Assembly: GCA_965153355.1 (NCBI GenBank) | Contig: OZ231126.1 | Location: forward strand, 41,106,001-41,170,000 | DNA length: 64,000 nucleotides | DNA from: Flaccisagitta enflata | Lineage: Eukaryota | Direction: 5' to 3' | Part shown: in pieces, positions 1 to 12,604 of the stretch | How the letters are laid out: every line of letters starts with the position of its first letter | Numbering within the stretch: the stretch's first letter is position 1 | Program-made: the position numbers and the translations under genes | Notes under the pieces: generated by a model | The model's input: the letters and a program-made list of their open reading frames with translations, nothing else | Databases searched by the model: none | What the model was told of the DNA's origin: nothing

Positions 1-617
1 AATGAGCAAAAAAATGATTTTTTTAGCACCTTATAAAGGAATCTTATTGATCAAAGACAAAAATTCAATTGATTTGGTCAAAACATTAGACAATTTAGAT
101 ACTAAACTAAAGAGAGTTTAGCAGTATTTTTCACTTCATTTTCTCAAATTTCTCTTCTTTTGTACTCTAAGCTCATAAAGCTCTTTATCCAATAGAAATG
201 AGTCAATATTGGATATAAATAGTTTCATAACATTTGAAAATATGAAGAAAAATGTTTTTCACTCTGTATATTTCATAAGGAACAATGTAATGGAAAAGAT
301 GTAATGTTAATCCCCAATGAGCCACCTAGCGCACAATGCAGCCCACAGTGCGTTGTTCTTGTTTTTTTCTGTGGTTTTCAAAGCTTTTGTTCCGCGACAT
401 CTAAACTCTAGAAATTACAACTCTGAAAGAAAAAAGAGACGATGTAGAATTATTTTTTTATAGGGTTTTGGTAAAAATGAGCTCAGTAAAAAGCCCTTTC
501 AACGAAACCCAATGGAACCTGATTTTCTCGGGCAAATTTCTCTGTAGCCACTGAAGTAATTGCTAGTAATAAAATCAACACAAACACACATGCAAAATAG
601 CACATCAGAGCAAACGC

Positions 618-618
<1 letters not shown>

Positions 619-713
<95 letters not shown>

Positions 714-796
714 TTCTTCCTTCTTTCTTCTTTCTTCTTTTTTCTTTCTTCTTTCTTCTTTCTTCGTTCTTCTTTCTCCTTTCTTCCTTCTTTCTG

Positions 797-860
<64 letters not shown>

Positions 861-863
861 TTT

Positions 864-959
<96 letters not shown>

Positions 960-1137
960 TGATTCTTTGTTTCTTTGTTTCTTTCTTCCTGTCTTTGTTT
1001 CTTTGTTTGTTTCTTTGTTTGTTTGTTTGTTTGTTTGTTTGTTTCTTTGTTTTTTGTTTTATTACTTCTTTGTTTCTTTGCTTGTTTGTTTGTTTGATTG
1101 TTTGTTTGTTTGTTTGTTTCTTTCATTCATTTTTTTT

Positions 1138-1192
<55 letters not shown>

Positions 1193-1193
1193 C

Positions 1194-1257
<64 letters not shown>
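619..1257. repeat. (CA)n followed by (TTTC)n/(TTTG)n
   Basis: Directly visible. Confidence 0.97.
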
Positions 1258-1652
1258 ATATATAGATTCTTATATTTAGATGTTTAGAGGACAAAAACCA
1301 AGGTCGATTTTTTTTTAAGTGTATAGGTTGTTTTTCTGGTTTGTGGTCAGTTCCAACGCCCTCTCAATTTTGCCCCTTGACATCAAAATTGGTCACTCTG
1401 TTAACGAAGGATCATGATCCTGCGGACGGAAACCAGGTTTGAGCGGTTTGAAATGCAAGGAAAGCAGTTTATGACTAACACTAAGCTGACACAAAGATTT
1501 AAAGAAATAGCCTTTTTCAAGCCAAGGCTAGGACAAATTTCAGGGTAATCAACAATTTTTTTTTTTTTTTTTTTTTTGATTGACAAAAGTAATCTATTTT
1601 TCAATCAAGACAAAGCTATCACGGTCCTACTTGGATAAATTAAGAATCAATT

Positions 1653-1860
1653 AAACAAGGCCAACACCCATAAGTCGCGTGCGAGACTTAAACAATGACT
1701 TCAAATGACCTAGTATACTCTTAAATGACTTAAAATGGCTGAAGGGAAAAATGATAAAGAAAAGTAAAAGTGTGACGGACGGACAGACAGACTGACCAAC
1801 GGATGGACGGACGGACGGACGGACAAAGCGGGATGTAGAGTCAAGTGTATGCGACTAAAA
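1653..1860 (-). mobile_element. HINE-like family B copy (degenerate)
   Basis: AACAAGGCC...AGTCGCGTGCG...(GGAC)n...GCGACTAAAA, matching 11363-11595. Confidence 0.65.
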
Positions 1861-2729
1861 ATGTTTGCTTCCCACTTGAGACCGATGAAATGTCACTAAA
1901 TGATCAAATCAAGTTCCAATATTTCGATGTTAAGCATTTCAAAGACTATTTTTCTAACATTTTTTTTTTTGCACACCTTGACACTTTGGCTCTAAAAATG
2001 TACTTAATGGTCATATTAAGTTCCATTCATGATTTATCCAAGCAAAACTGTCAATATTTTTGTCTTGATTGAGCAATAAATTCATCAGTAACCAAAAATA
2101 AATTACTTTTGTCAATCAAAAAAAAAAAATATTTTGACATAAAGACATGAAGAAAAGGGCACTTTTAAAGGCTAGGACAAATTTCAGGGTAACAATCAGA
2201 AAGAAATTAAGATATTCGTAATGATTTAGCTGTCAAAGTTGTATAAACGAATATGAATTCAGAATCCAACTCTTGATTCTTTTACAAGATTGAAAGCAGA
2301 TATAATAATTTTTTTCTTGTGGATTCTTTATGCGAAATCATTTAGCCATAACCTTTGTGAAGGTGGTTTTACCCATTAACAACCCTCATCAAAAGATTTT
2401 TTTCTAAAAGCCAACTCAGCATCGGCTCAACCAAGCTTTCCTTTACGTTCTCTGGGTTACATACGGGCCGTTGTTTCTCAAATGTTGCGTTTCCATTACA
2501 TACGGGACAATTATTCTGACAACCGAGGGAAAGAAAAACCCCATTAAGATCCCCGTGCCATCCCGCATCATATTAGCAGAAGGTCAAAAAGTGCAATTGA
2601 TAAATGAACACAGTTAAGATGAGCCAGAGGTCTGTAACTAGATATGGTTTATTGCATCTGTGTGCAGTAGGCAATCCTGCCCCAACTCATGTTTTGGTCA
2701 AAATCAAGACGAAATATCTATGTCCAGTA

Positions 2730-3699
2730 ACGGTGGCAAAAAAAAAAAAACGGAACAAATGCTTTTTTTGCTCATAAATCCTCTAAATCTTGACCGATCT
2801 GTCTGAAATTTTTACTTAAGTTAGTTTCTAATGTCATCAAGTTTTGCTGAAAAAATTGAAAACTTAGCTCAATTAGTATAAGAATTGCATGAGATTTTGT
2901 AACATTGATAAGAGGCCAGAAAATCAAAGTTAAAAATCTGTTAATTGAACACTAAAATTTCAAAAAATGATACTGAATCATGTCCGATTATGATGAAATT
3001 TGGCATGGGGGTAGTTCTAAGTGTTGACTACTTATGTTTAAAAAATTGTGATGATGCTTAAAATACTTTAGCAGAAATACTGATTTATATTTTGCTGGTT
3101 TTAGTCAAGTTAGATGGTTAGATCGCCGAGCATGCAATATTTTATAAAAACTAATACTACAGGCAAAGTTTTTAAGCTATGTCCACAATATTTGAACTGG
3201 TAATATTTGTAGGTGTAAATGGCCTACGGTAAAATTTTTAAGAAGATCCAAGCATTTCTGATATGCTTGATTAGTCATACAGTTGTAAAAGTGGTGAATT
3301 TCTTTAAATTTTTTACACGCAAACATAGGATCATTATCTTCCCCCCTAGATGATATCCTGATATCACAAAAATTGGCCTATATTTAGTAAATAGTACCAT
3401 TAGGATACAGTTAAAAAATCATCAAAAAACTCGAAGTAGTTTTGGAGCTACATTATTTTTACTTCAGAAGAAATATTCATGGTATCAGAAAACATTGCCA
3501 CTTAAGCATTCCAAATTACAGGGTACTTCAGAAAAAATACGATTGTGGGCTAAATAGTTGACGGATTGCGATGAAATTTGAACCTAATACTATTCAAACT
3601 ATGTACAGCATTGACCTAAAATTTCATCAAAATCGGATATCATCTTCTTAGGTTTTTTCAACCTCAAATATTTGTTCCGTTTTTTTTTTTGGCCACCGT
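2730..3699. mobile_element. TA-flanked MITE (Tc1/mariner-type)
   Basis: ~30-bp TIRs ACGGTGGC(A)nCGGAACAAAT / ATTTGTTCCG(T)nGGCCACCGT. TA at 2728-2729 and 3700-3701. Confidence 0.82.
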
Positions 3700-3701
3700 T
3701 A

Positions 3702-4035
3702 GCAAAACAAGAGTTCATGCAAAGTCATAGGAAAGTTTTCTATCAGAGGGATATGACTCAAAATCATCTACAAAGATGAGCCACAACAAAAATTTGGCCC
3801 TGGGACCTCTGGAAATTACCGCCGCCACCCCCCCTCATTTCCCATTGAAAATGTATAGGAAGGATCTTTGCTTGTGTTTTATTATGGGAAAGGGGGAGGG
3901 TGGCGGCGCCAATTTATAGGGGTTCCAGGTCTAAATTTTTTTCATAGACCATCTGTAAACATGATTTTGGGCCATATCCCTCTGATAGAGAACTTTTCTA
4001 TGAAATCGCATTTTTTGTTGTTGTCCAGAACATTG
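3702..4035. mobile_element. Degenerate foldback element, related to the 26414-31064 termini
   Basis: Imperfect inverted repeat of ~3725-3850 versus ~3880-4005 (CTATCAGAGGGATATG..CAAAATCAT on both arms). Confidence 0.6.
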
Positions 4036-4318
4036 CCACTTAATTTCCTAACTTGTCCACTGATCTTGTTTGTTACAGTTAGAGAAACAACAATTCAAAC
4101 CGACTGCAGCCCAAAATGCCTACTCATAGCTTTTGATAACTGAGGAAGCAACAAAGAATAAAACAACCAACAAGATGGATTAGAAGTTAGAAGTCTCAAA
4201 AAGCGGGCCTCAGGCTTTCAAGCCCTGAAGAAGCGGTAAAGAATGAAACAACCAAGATGACTGCAACTACAAAAAGAACGCAATAAAGTACAGATATCAA
4301 GCTTTTGACAAGACTGGA

Positions 4319-4462
4319 TACAAGGCACCCCGGTCGCGGACAGTTGGGCAGGGGCGGTAATGCCAAAACCGATCGCAATTCAAAAATGTAATGTGACAGA
4401 CCAACAGACAGACTATCCCACTGACACAGCAAGTTCTAAAAATGCGTGTCCGCGACTAAAAA
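4319..4462 (-). mobile_element. HINE-like family B copy (degenerate)
   Basis: GTCGCGGACAGTTGGGCAGGGGC...GCGTGTCCGCGACTAAAA. Confidence 0.6.
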
Positions 4463-5463
4463 CTGAAGGAACAAAAAGAATTAACCAACAAGACCACAGT
4501 CCAAAATGCGGACCTCTGGCTTTCCAGGACTGAAGAGGCTTTTTGAAGTTTCTCTTTTAGAACATATTATAGCGGGTGATGACCCAGCAGCCGGGGCCGG
4601 GGTTCGGAGCCGCCGCCGAGCCCGAAGCCGCCGCCGGGCCGTGAACGCCGAGGATATAATGACGGTAGTGTCGGTGTCAACGACGACGTCGATAAGGAGG
4701 ATGACGAACACGATGACGACGATGACGACGATGCCGACGAAGATGACGACGACGATGACGTTGTAAGAGAAAGCGCAGCTTCGGAACGCGGTGACGGTTA
4801 GTGCTTATACATAATAAGAAACGGCAATACTGACGGTTATCTAAATGCCGCCCTCGCCTCAGATTCCACCTTCTCCAGTGTCGCTAATACAACAACTGCA
4901 CCAGTGCCACCTCTCCGCCACCGCCACCACCGCCACCACCACCACCACCACCACCATTGCCACCACTTGGGGCACCACCGTTACCAGAGGTGCCGCTACC
5001 CTACTGCTGCCACCACCGTACCGCTGCCGCTTCGAATGCCGATGCCGTAATGACTCTCTTTTCAAGAGGCCAACATTTATCGTCTTGTGTCGGAGGAGGA
5101 GGAGGAAGAGGAGGTGGAGGAGGTTGAAAGCGAAACCTTGAAGCAATAATACCAAAGACCATGCCTGCTCTTTCGTGGGTGCTTGTTACTCATTACTCGA
5201 CCTTTGCTTTCACATACCCATAGACAGCCGGAGGCTACTTACACCATCCACACCATCCCCATGACATTATCCAAAACATCCACACATCAGCATCCACAAC
5301 TCTTTCCTTGCCACCAGGCATCTGCCGTAGGCCTTAGCACAACTTTTCGACTCTTCCGATCTACCTGACCTGAAATTATCATGTCAGAGATATGATCCTG
5401 ACTCACTGGGTACACATTTTGCGCATATACCATGCATACATTTCACACGTCACACGCCGTGGA

Positions 5464-5511
<48 letters not shown>

Positions 5512-5516
5512 GTCTC

Positions 5517-5634
<118 letters not shown>

Positions 5635-5927
5635 ACCCCAAGCTATCTAATCACGCATCAATTTAAGTGCTCATCGTCATCATGATTGTCAGATGGTAAA
5701 GCCATCAAGGCCGGCCAATTGGCCGATTGGAAAAAAGAGAGCAAACTGTCTAAAAATGGCCTTTCTTTCGTATGTAAATGCTCGTAATGATGTAAGAATA
5801 AGAGCAAAAAATCGGCGTGGCACTTAAAACGCCCCTATCCCTAACTTAATCGAAGTATCATTTTCTTTCTTCTGTGATTGTTGATGGTACTGTGAAAGGG
5901 TGTGGCGTGTGGGCGGGTGTCAGAGTG

Positions 5928-6082
5928 ACACAGTGCTCCGGATCCCACCACCACAAAAATAAGTACCTGTCACCCCCCATTCACCTCCTCATCACCACCC
6001 ATTCACCTACACAGTACTCCGGATCACACCACCACGAAAAATAAGTACCTGTCACCCCCCAATCACCTACTCATCACCACCT
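5928..6082. repeat. 81-bp direct repeat, 2 copies
   Basis: ACACAGT.CTCCGGATC...AAATAAGTACCTGTCACCCCCC at 5928 and 6009. Confidence 0.8.
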
Positions 6083-7029
6083 AATCTCCTCTTAAGAGTG
6101 GAGGCAATGCGTTTTATGACAAGCGGAACTATACCATGAGTAGGAAAGAAAAGAGAGTGCAAATCTCTGCAGAAATTGTATTGAATAAAATATAATTACT
6201 TAATATATATCATCCTATAACTAGTTGTAATGGTTTTTTTTTGCAAGTTAAATCAAATAGTAGTTACATAATGTGATTACAATACACAAAATGAAAAAAA
6301 GTAAAAGGCCTTGTGAAAAAAAGACATCAACTAAGCATCAGTATGCATCAACATGCCAATAAAGCCCGGCGAGGCTAGCTACTGTTAAACAAAATCATTG
6401 TGTAGCAACGTGGGATCCGTGTTAGGGAATTTTTTTTAAAGGGACTAGATCGATGGCCTCAACCTTGATTGCAACTTTAAAATTTTGATATAAACACCAT
6501 GTTAAAATACAGCGAATGGTACAAAAAGCATGAGTTGAAAAGAACAACAGCGCTGGAAAAAAAAAAGAAAGCATTGGTATAAAAAGACTTTGCTAATTAT
6601 GTTACCATAGAGAACATGAATTTTTTTGCCGTCAGGATCAAGTTTTATGAGAAAGGTAAATGAGGTTTGATTTATTGCTTTTCCAGATTCTCTGGGAAGG
6701 TGAAACAGTGCTGAAGGCTGAGTATAATCCATCAAAAAGTTTAAACAGGATGTTTTGTTTTCCTCTAAGCTTTTCAAGAGCAAGTTGAAGTTCTTTTATT
6801 AGGTAGAAAATAGAACGATACATAGAATTAACTCTTAAAAAACATTTTGACATACTGTATATACAAAGCTGAATGTTAAGCAGAAAAATTAGAATAAAGT
6901 TGGGCATGGGCAATTGCTAAAAAGCTGCTTCCAGAATCCAGATACACCTACCTAGAATGAATGGAACAGTTTGATGATTTTTGAAGTAAAGTATGGCCTG
7001 GAAGGCTGGAAGATTCGGTTCCTGGCCAT

Positions 7030-7072
7030 CAACAACAACAATATTAACAATAACAACAACCACCACAACAAT

Positions 7073-7164
<92 letters not shown>

Positions 7165-7171
7165 CCGCAAT

Positions 7172-7202
<31 letters not shown>

Positions 7203-7290
7203 ACAAAAACAACAACAACAACAACAATAACAACAACAAAAACAACAACATCAGCAACAACAACAACATCGACATCTTCAACCACAACCA
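7030..7290. repeat. (CAA)n microsatellite
   Basis: Directly visible. Confidence 0.97.
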
Positions 7291-7297
7291 CAAAATA

Positions 7298-8066
7298 CAG
7301 GGAATAACCCGCCTACCGGGACGAAAGAAAACGACATATCTCTGCATCTAAGAATGATGAATCAAATCTGAAAACAGTTCCAGAGAGAGCTTTAGCCCCA
7401 ATTTTGTTATCTATAAACTTTGCCATGATGAGACCAATACTTTGGCCGCAGTATTGATTCTTAGGTAAATCATGAAATCTGAAATTGCAAAAATTTGCGA
7501 TTGTGATGTTTTAACAACATATTTTCATTCCCTTGCCAAATCTAGACGAATCGAGCTACTATGCTAGGATTGGTCTTGAATGATAGATAATTCGATTTAG
7601 TTTCATACTCCACCATTCATTTTGCCTACTTTGATGATTTTTTGAAAATTTAACTGAGTTTTATGATTAAAAAGTTGGATTTTTGATTTTTCTTCTTCAG
7701 TAGAGTCAAAAATTTCAACGATAGAAACCTTGATATCAGTTTTTAAAGCTTTTTTATGAAACTACATGATTCCCCATTCAAATTAAGACAAATCCAAGTT
7801 TTTTCATCCAATCTTTGTTGCGAAAGTTAACAATAAAAGTGTACTTTGCAGATTTTTGGAAGAAATTACAAGAAATTTGTCAAATTTAGGCTTTTTTTTT
7901 CTTTTTTTTTTTGTGTACATTTAGCGAACTATTCAGTTATAATTTTTCTTGATAATATAAAATCGGTTTAAAAGATCTATCAGAATCTGTTTTCAAATCA
8001 AATTTTTCATTTTCAGAAGAGAAAATACGTCGTTTTCTTTTGTCCCGGTTGGCGCGGTATTCACTG
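7298..8066. mobile_element. TA-flanked MITE (Tc1/mariner-type)
   Basis: Imperfect ~100-bp TIRs starting CAGGGAATAACCCGCCTACCGGGAC and ending GTCCCGGTTGGCGCGGTATTCACTG. TA flanks. Confidence 0.78.
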
Positions 8067-8837
8067 TAACAGATGCCTCAGAGTGCTGCAACTTTTTAAA
8101 AACAAATGCAATCATTACCCGTTAATTGTACAGTTTGAAAGAGTCTACGAGAGATTTCTTGACAGCTTGAAAAGTTTCTTTTATGAGTCAAATCCATGTA
8201 CCCATAGAGCAATAATATGATTGCTGCCTCGTAGAAAGACTTAAACACGCATTTTCAGCCCCTGTCCACCCGTCCGCGACTGGTATTGGCCGTGTATCCG
8301 GCTTTGTTATTAAGTACTTCCATAATTGTATTAGTTGCCATGGTAAACTTCGATCACTTTCGTTTAAGAAAGCTGTTTGGTACAGTATATTTAGGTGATT
8401 ACGTAACTATGGCAAAAATAAAAAAGACAGTTATTTTCAAAATGCTGCTTCGGGCCCATTTTTTGAATAACTTGATTACCTTTTTAGGTGGTAATAGAAT
8501 GACAAATTTTTGACTCAGCAAAAAAATCAGAACCCTAAAAAGTTGATTTTTGTGCCCACAGCATCATTTTTTGTAAAATCAGTCAGATGATGATTTGCCT
8601 ACTGATCAAAATTTTTACATGACTTACATTTGCTACTTCAAGCTCATCTTTTTTTAAATGACCACTAATCTATAAAGGTGCCCATAGTATGTTGAATTGC
8701 CTACTCAGCAAAAAAAATCAGAACTCAAAAGAATTAATCTTTGTGCCCGTAGCATCACTTTTTGTAATAGTTGTCAAAATGAATTTCAGAAAGTTATGAA
8801 TATGGAGCTTTTTTCCCCTCTTCTTTACCTTATGTTT

Positions 8838-9500
8838 TTTAGATGCGTCATCGCATCTCTATAAGAGGGTCTGTCTGTCCGTCCGTCCGTCCGTCCGTCC
8901 GTCCGTCCCACCGTGGCTTAAAACCACCCCCGACCCAGAACAGAGACCAACCAACCCCTCAACCAACCTAAACCACCATCACCGTGGCTTAAAACCACCC
9001 CCGATCCAGAACGGGGACCAACCAACCCCTCAACCAACCTAAACCACCATCACCGTGGCTTAAAACCACCCCCGACCCAGAACGGAGACCAACCAACCCC
9101 TCAACCAACCTAAACCACCATCACCGTGGCTTAAAACCACCCCCGACCCAGAACGGAGACCAACCAACCCCTCAACCAACCTAAACCACCATCACCGTGG
9201 CTTAAAACCACCCCCGACCCAGAACGGAGACCAACCAACCCCTCAACCAACCTAAACCACCATCACCGTGGCTTAAAACCACCCCCGATCCAGAACGGGG
9301 ACCAACCAACCCCTCAACCAACCTAAACCACCATCACCGTGGCTTAAAACCACCCCCGACCCAGAACGGAGACCAACCGACCCCTCAACCAACCTAAACC
9401 ACCATCACCGTCGGTCCGTCCGTCGGTCCGTCCGTCGGTCCGTCACGCCTCTTCTAATATCACGCAGATGACGCATCTAGTTGCCCGATCGGGCTTGTTT
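8838..9500 (+). mobile_element. HINE/DINE-1-like element, family A
   Basis: 5' T-run plus hairpin AGATGCG-TCAT-CGCATCT, then (GTCC)n, a central tandem array, 3' subterminal inverted copy GACGCATCT, stem-loop GCCCGATCGGGC, and a TTGTT end. No TSD. Confidence 0.78.
8910..9406 (+). repeat. 71-bp minisatellite, 7 near-identical units
   Basis: ACCGTGGCTTAAAACCACCCCCGA... recurs at 8910, 8981, 9052, 9123, 9194, 9265 and 9336. Confidence 0.95.
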
Positions 9501-9662
9501 GTGATGGCACGGGCTCAAAAATCAACATTTTTGAGTTCTGATTTTTTTGCTGATTAGGTAATTTGATATACTATTACTACCTAAAAGGATTTTTAGCAGA
9601 TCAATAAAATGAGGGCGTAGGAATAAATTGAAATGACTGTCTTTTTTTTCTTTGCCATAGTT

Positions 9663-9693
<31 letters not shown>

Positions 9694-9709
9694 GGTGCCG
9701 TTCATTGCT

Positions 9710-11745
9710 TCAAAAAGCACCATTGTTTTTCTCAAACTTGTAGGTGGGAGGACTGTCAAAAGCGGGCTTCCCCTTGATTGATGTTCGATCCTTGAAGAAT
9801 GCAGTCACCTCGGACACATCAAGACCAACATTCCACATTCGCAGGTCGCAAAGTTTGCCTGCAAGCCTCTGATTTGAATCAAACCCTCCCCCAATAGAAT
9901 CTTGTTCTTGACCAATGACCCAAAAACCGCCAGGTGGTACATGTGTGTTAAAAGTAATCACTTTTTCATACTTTATTCTCTGATCCTCAAAAAACAAAAA
10001 TGTTTTATCCTTCAGTGTCGCAGTTATTCTTATGGGCGTAAACAGCCTATGGTTACGGTATCCTGATGTGACTAGTCTTCCACCGACGTAATTTTTGAAG
10101 CCTATCAGTACTGCGTTATCTCCTACTCCTGAGACTGCGTAAGAGACAAAATATGGTTCCTTGGTCAATTTCGATTGCATGATGGTGAAATCGATGGTAA
10201 AGTCGGAAAATCCGTTTGTCATCGATGGATACAGCCGTATGTGTGCTTTGGGTAGTGTTGCGGGTAGCGTGAAGCAATGGTGAAGCCCCGGACCTAATAT
10301 AAGAAAAATTTTAAAATAAAAAGCGATTGGATACCGGCATATGCTCCCGGTACCAAATTGCAGATGCAGCCAAAATAACTCATTTTCGTTTTTTGCATCA
10401 AGATGAGTCTCCTCTCTGCTCTAGTTTCATTTGGTTTCTAAAGACAAGAAAGGATGCCTCAACTTTGGAAGAATGCGGCTCCAAAAAAAAAAAAAAAAAT
10501 AATAATAAAGTTAAAAGAATAAACTTGAAGCCAGATTGGTCCCATTCTAAAAATGTGTTTAAAATCTTTTTTACGCGACTTAACTAGGGTAGCTAGTTCA
10601 GCTACAAAAAGAGATATTTTTTGTTGAGCACTTGCCTTGGATGAAGACATCATTATAGCCCCCAAGGTTTTCCACAGCGTTCCTCCATTCGCCTGCATCT
10701 GATTTCAAGTTAAGATCACCGTTTAACCCCTCAATCCTTAGATGATTGAAAATGATCAGCACAACCCGTTGCACTGTATGATTTGGGTGCTTCACATAGC
10801 AAAAGTTGCTTATTTCTTTTCATCCTCTTTACCTAATGTGGAGTGGGCAATTTTAGGACCCTTACCACTTTTCTTTTATCAAAAATTGTTCATCTTCTGT
10901 ATTTTAGAAAATTGTTTTTGAGAGCCTAATTTGTATATTGCAGTGGGATAAAAAAGTATGCTGATCTTCTCTGAATTAGCTTTTATAAACTTCTGCTCTT
11001 TAAAGAATTGTTAACCTGCTTTTTCACAAGCTCTTACGTACTTATGCTCTGATATTTTGATTTATTTTCACAAAAATCATGGTTTTCTAAAACTAACAAT
11101 TGTTCCTTTTGTAACAAGACTACACAGGATTTTGCTGAATTCTGGGAAATCTGAGTAAACTTTAAGGCCAAAACAAAAACGGAAGATGAAGGAATTTTGA
11201 GAAAAGGAAAACGGTCATCTTCATGATTTTTTTCACTCCATATTGGGTTAGCGGGACGAGAAAAAAATCAAATTTTTTGCTATGCGAAGCACGCAACTGT
11301 ATGATTTCTGTGGCAAAGAAATGGAGTGAGTGCAGAGCAGCGGTTCCAAAGTGACGGTACTCAAAACAAGGCCGGATACACGGCTACCCCAGTCGCGTGC
11401 GGGTGGGCAGGGGCCGTATTTGAGGTCACTTTATCACTTGGGCAGGAGCAGTGAGGCCATAGACCGCAAAAACCCAAAAAAAGTAAAGTGTGAAGGACGG
11501 ACGGACGGACCGACGGACCGACGGACGGACGGACCGACGGACCGACGGACGGACCGACAAAGCGGGGTGTAGAGTCGCGTAGCACGCGACTAAAAGTTAC
11601 CTGAAATATTCGCTTGGTTAGAACGACAAACTTCCGTTGACAACCCTTGACAGGTCAAAATTTACCTCAATGAATGCGTCAATTGGAAATTCATTACAAA
11701 AAATAAAAAGAATGTTGTTGCCAAAAGTAAAGTGAATTGCTTCAT
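9710..11745 (-). pseudogene. Pentraxin-domain paralog, copy 1, with in-frame TAA at codon 28 (null allele, pseudogene or base error); exon 1 11745-11601, exon 2 10293-9710
   Basis: Exon 1 MKQFTLLLATTFFLFFVMNFQLTHSLR*ILTCQGLSTEVCRSNQANIS(G) aligns with copy 2 and ends at the phase-1 donor CAG|GTAAC. Acceptor TATTAG|GTCCG. Exon 2 is fully open, contains GGFWVIGQEQDSIGGGFDSNQR and is roughly two-thirds identical to copy 2 by eye. Confidence 0.7.
11363..11595 (-). mobile_element. HINE-like element, family B (complete), in the intron of pentraxin copy 1
   Basis: Minus strand: TTTTAGTCGCG-TGCTA-CGCGACT hairpin, (GTCC/GTCG)n, inverted copy CACGCGACT, stem-loop GCCG-TGTATC-CGGC, CTTGTT. Confidence 0.8.
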
Positions 11746-12152
11746 TCTAACTTCTAACGGTTCAGAAAAAATAGGGACTGATACTCCAAACTTTGTCAAG
11801 AGCCAGCGAGTGCATGTAAACGCCTTTGAGAAAATGAACATCTGGACCAACAATCCTGAATTGCAAAAATCAATTTAAAATTTGCTGGAAAATTCGAATT
11901 TCGTCTTTTTGTTTCTTTGATATATTTCTTTTCTATGAATTTCTTTTTTATTTATTCATTTTTTATTTATTCATCTACTTTTTTTGTAGGATCTAAAACA
12001 AAAGTATATCGCTAAAAATGAAACATCAGAAGCATACAGTAGGTTTGCACGGTGAGAACATGTTTTAACTGTAGTTTTTTAAGTGCTGTATTAGAGCCAA
12101 CATTTTTGTGGCTGCCAACTCCAATCTGTGTCTAACAAATAGTCACAAGCAT

Positions 12153-12363
12153 ATGACGGGTGTCCCCAAAAAACTTTTACTCTGGTTGGATATGTTTTTA
12201 ATTAAGTGTGCAATGAATATCATTAGAATTTTGCAAACCTGCTTTCATGTTGACTGGGTTGCATTAAAGATAAGAAACACTACTGCAGTACCCTTCCTGG
12301 TTTTATTGAACTTAATCACATAAGACAAACTTCAGATTGTAATCTTTTTTGGACACCCTTCAT
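12153..12363. mobile_element. Small MITE between the pentraxin paralogs
   Basis: Imperfect TIRs ATGACGGGTGTCCCCAAAAAA / TTTTTTGGACACCCTTCAT. Confidence 0.5.
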
Positions 12364-12405
12364 CACTATTTCTATCTACACATGAAACTATACTCAATAC
12401 TATAT

Positions 12406-12494
<89 letters not shown>

Positions 12495-12604
12495 TGACAG
12501 AAGTTCAGTATCAAATGGATCTTAAATTTAGCAATCCCCAGGACTTCCAAGAAATGGTTGCAAAATGTAAATATTGATGATATATCCTTCATCATTGCTA
12601 TAAC

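Larger units (their letters stand above)
8406..9661. mobile_element. TA-flanked MITE containing a nested HINE-like insertion
   Basis: TIRs ACTATGGCAAAAATAAAAAAGACAG / CTGTC(T)nCTTTGCCATAGT. TA flanks. Ends ~50 bp beyond the stop codon of pentraxin copy 1. Confidence 0.72.

Noticed and set aside
4560..5140. GC-rich stretch with ORFs on both strands
   Set aside because: Dominated by GAC/CAC/GAG triplet low complexity, with no consistent frame or splice signals.
6502..6913. Two overlapping ~90-aa minus-strand ORFs
   Set aside because: No recognisable domain or clear exon boundaries.
8910..9406. Regular array resembling CRISPR
   Set aside because: Units are identical along their whole length with no unique spacers, there are no cas genes, and the context is eukaryotic.
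10459..10795. Short ORFs in the pentraxin copy 1 intron as a possible transposase remnant or extra exon
   Set aside because: No recognisable motif, and no counterpart in copy 2.
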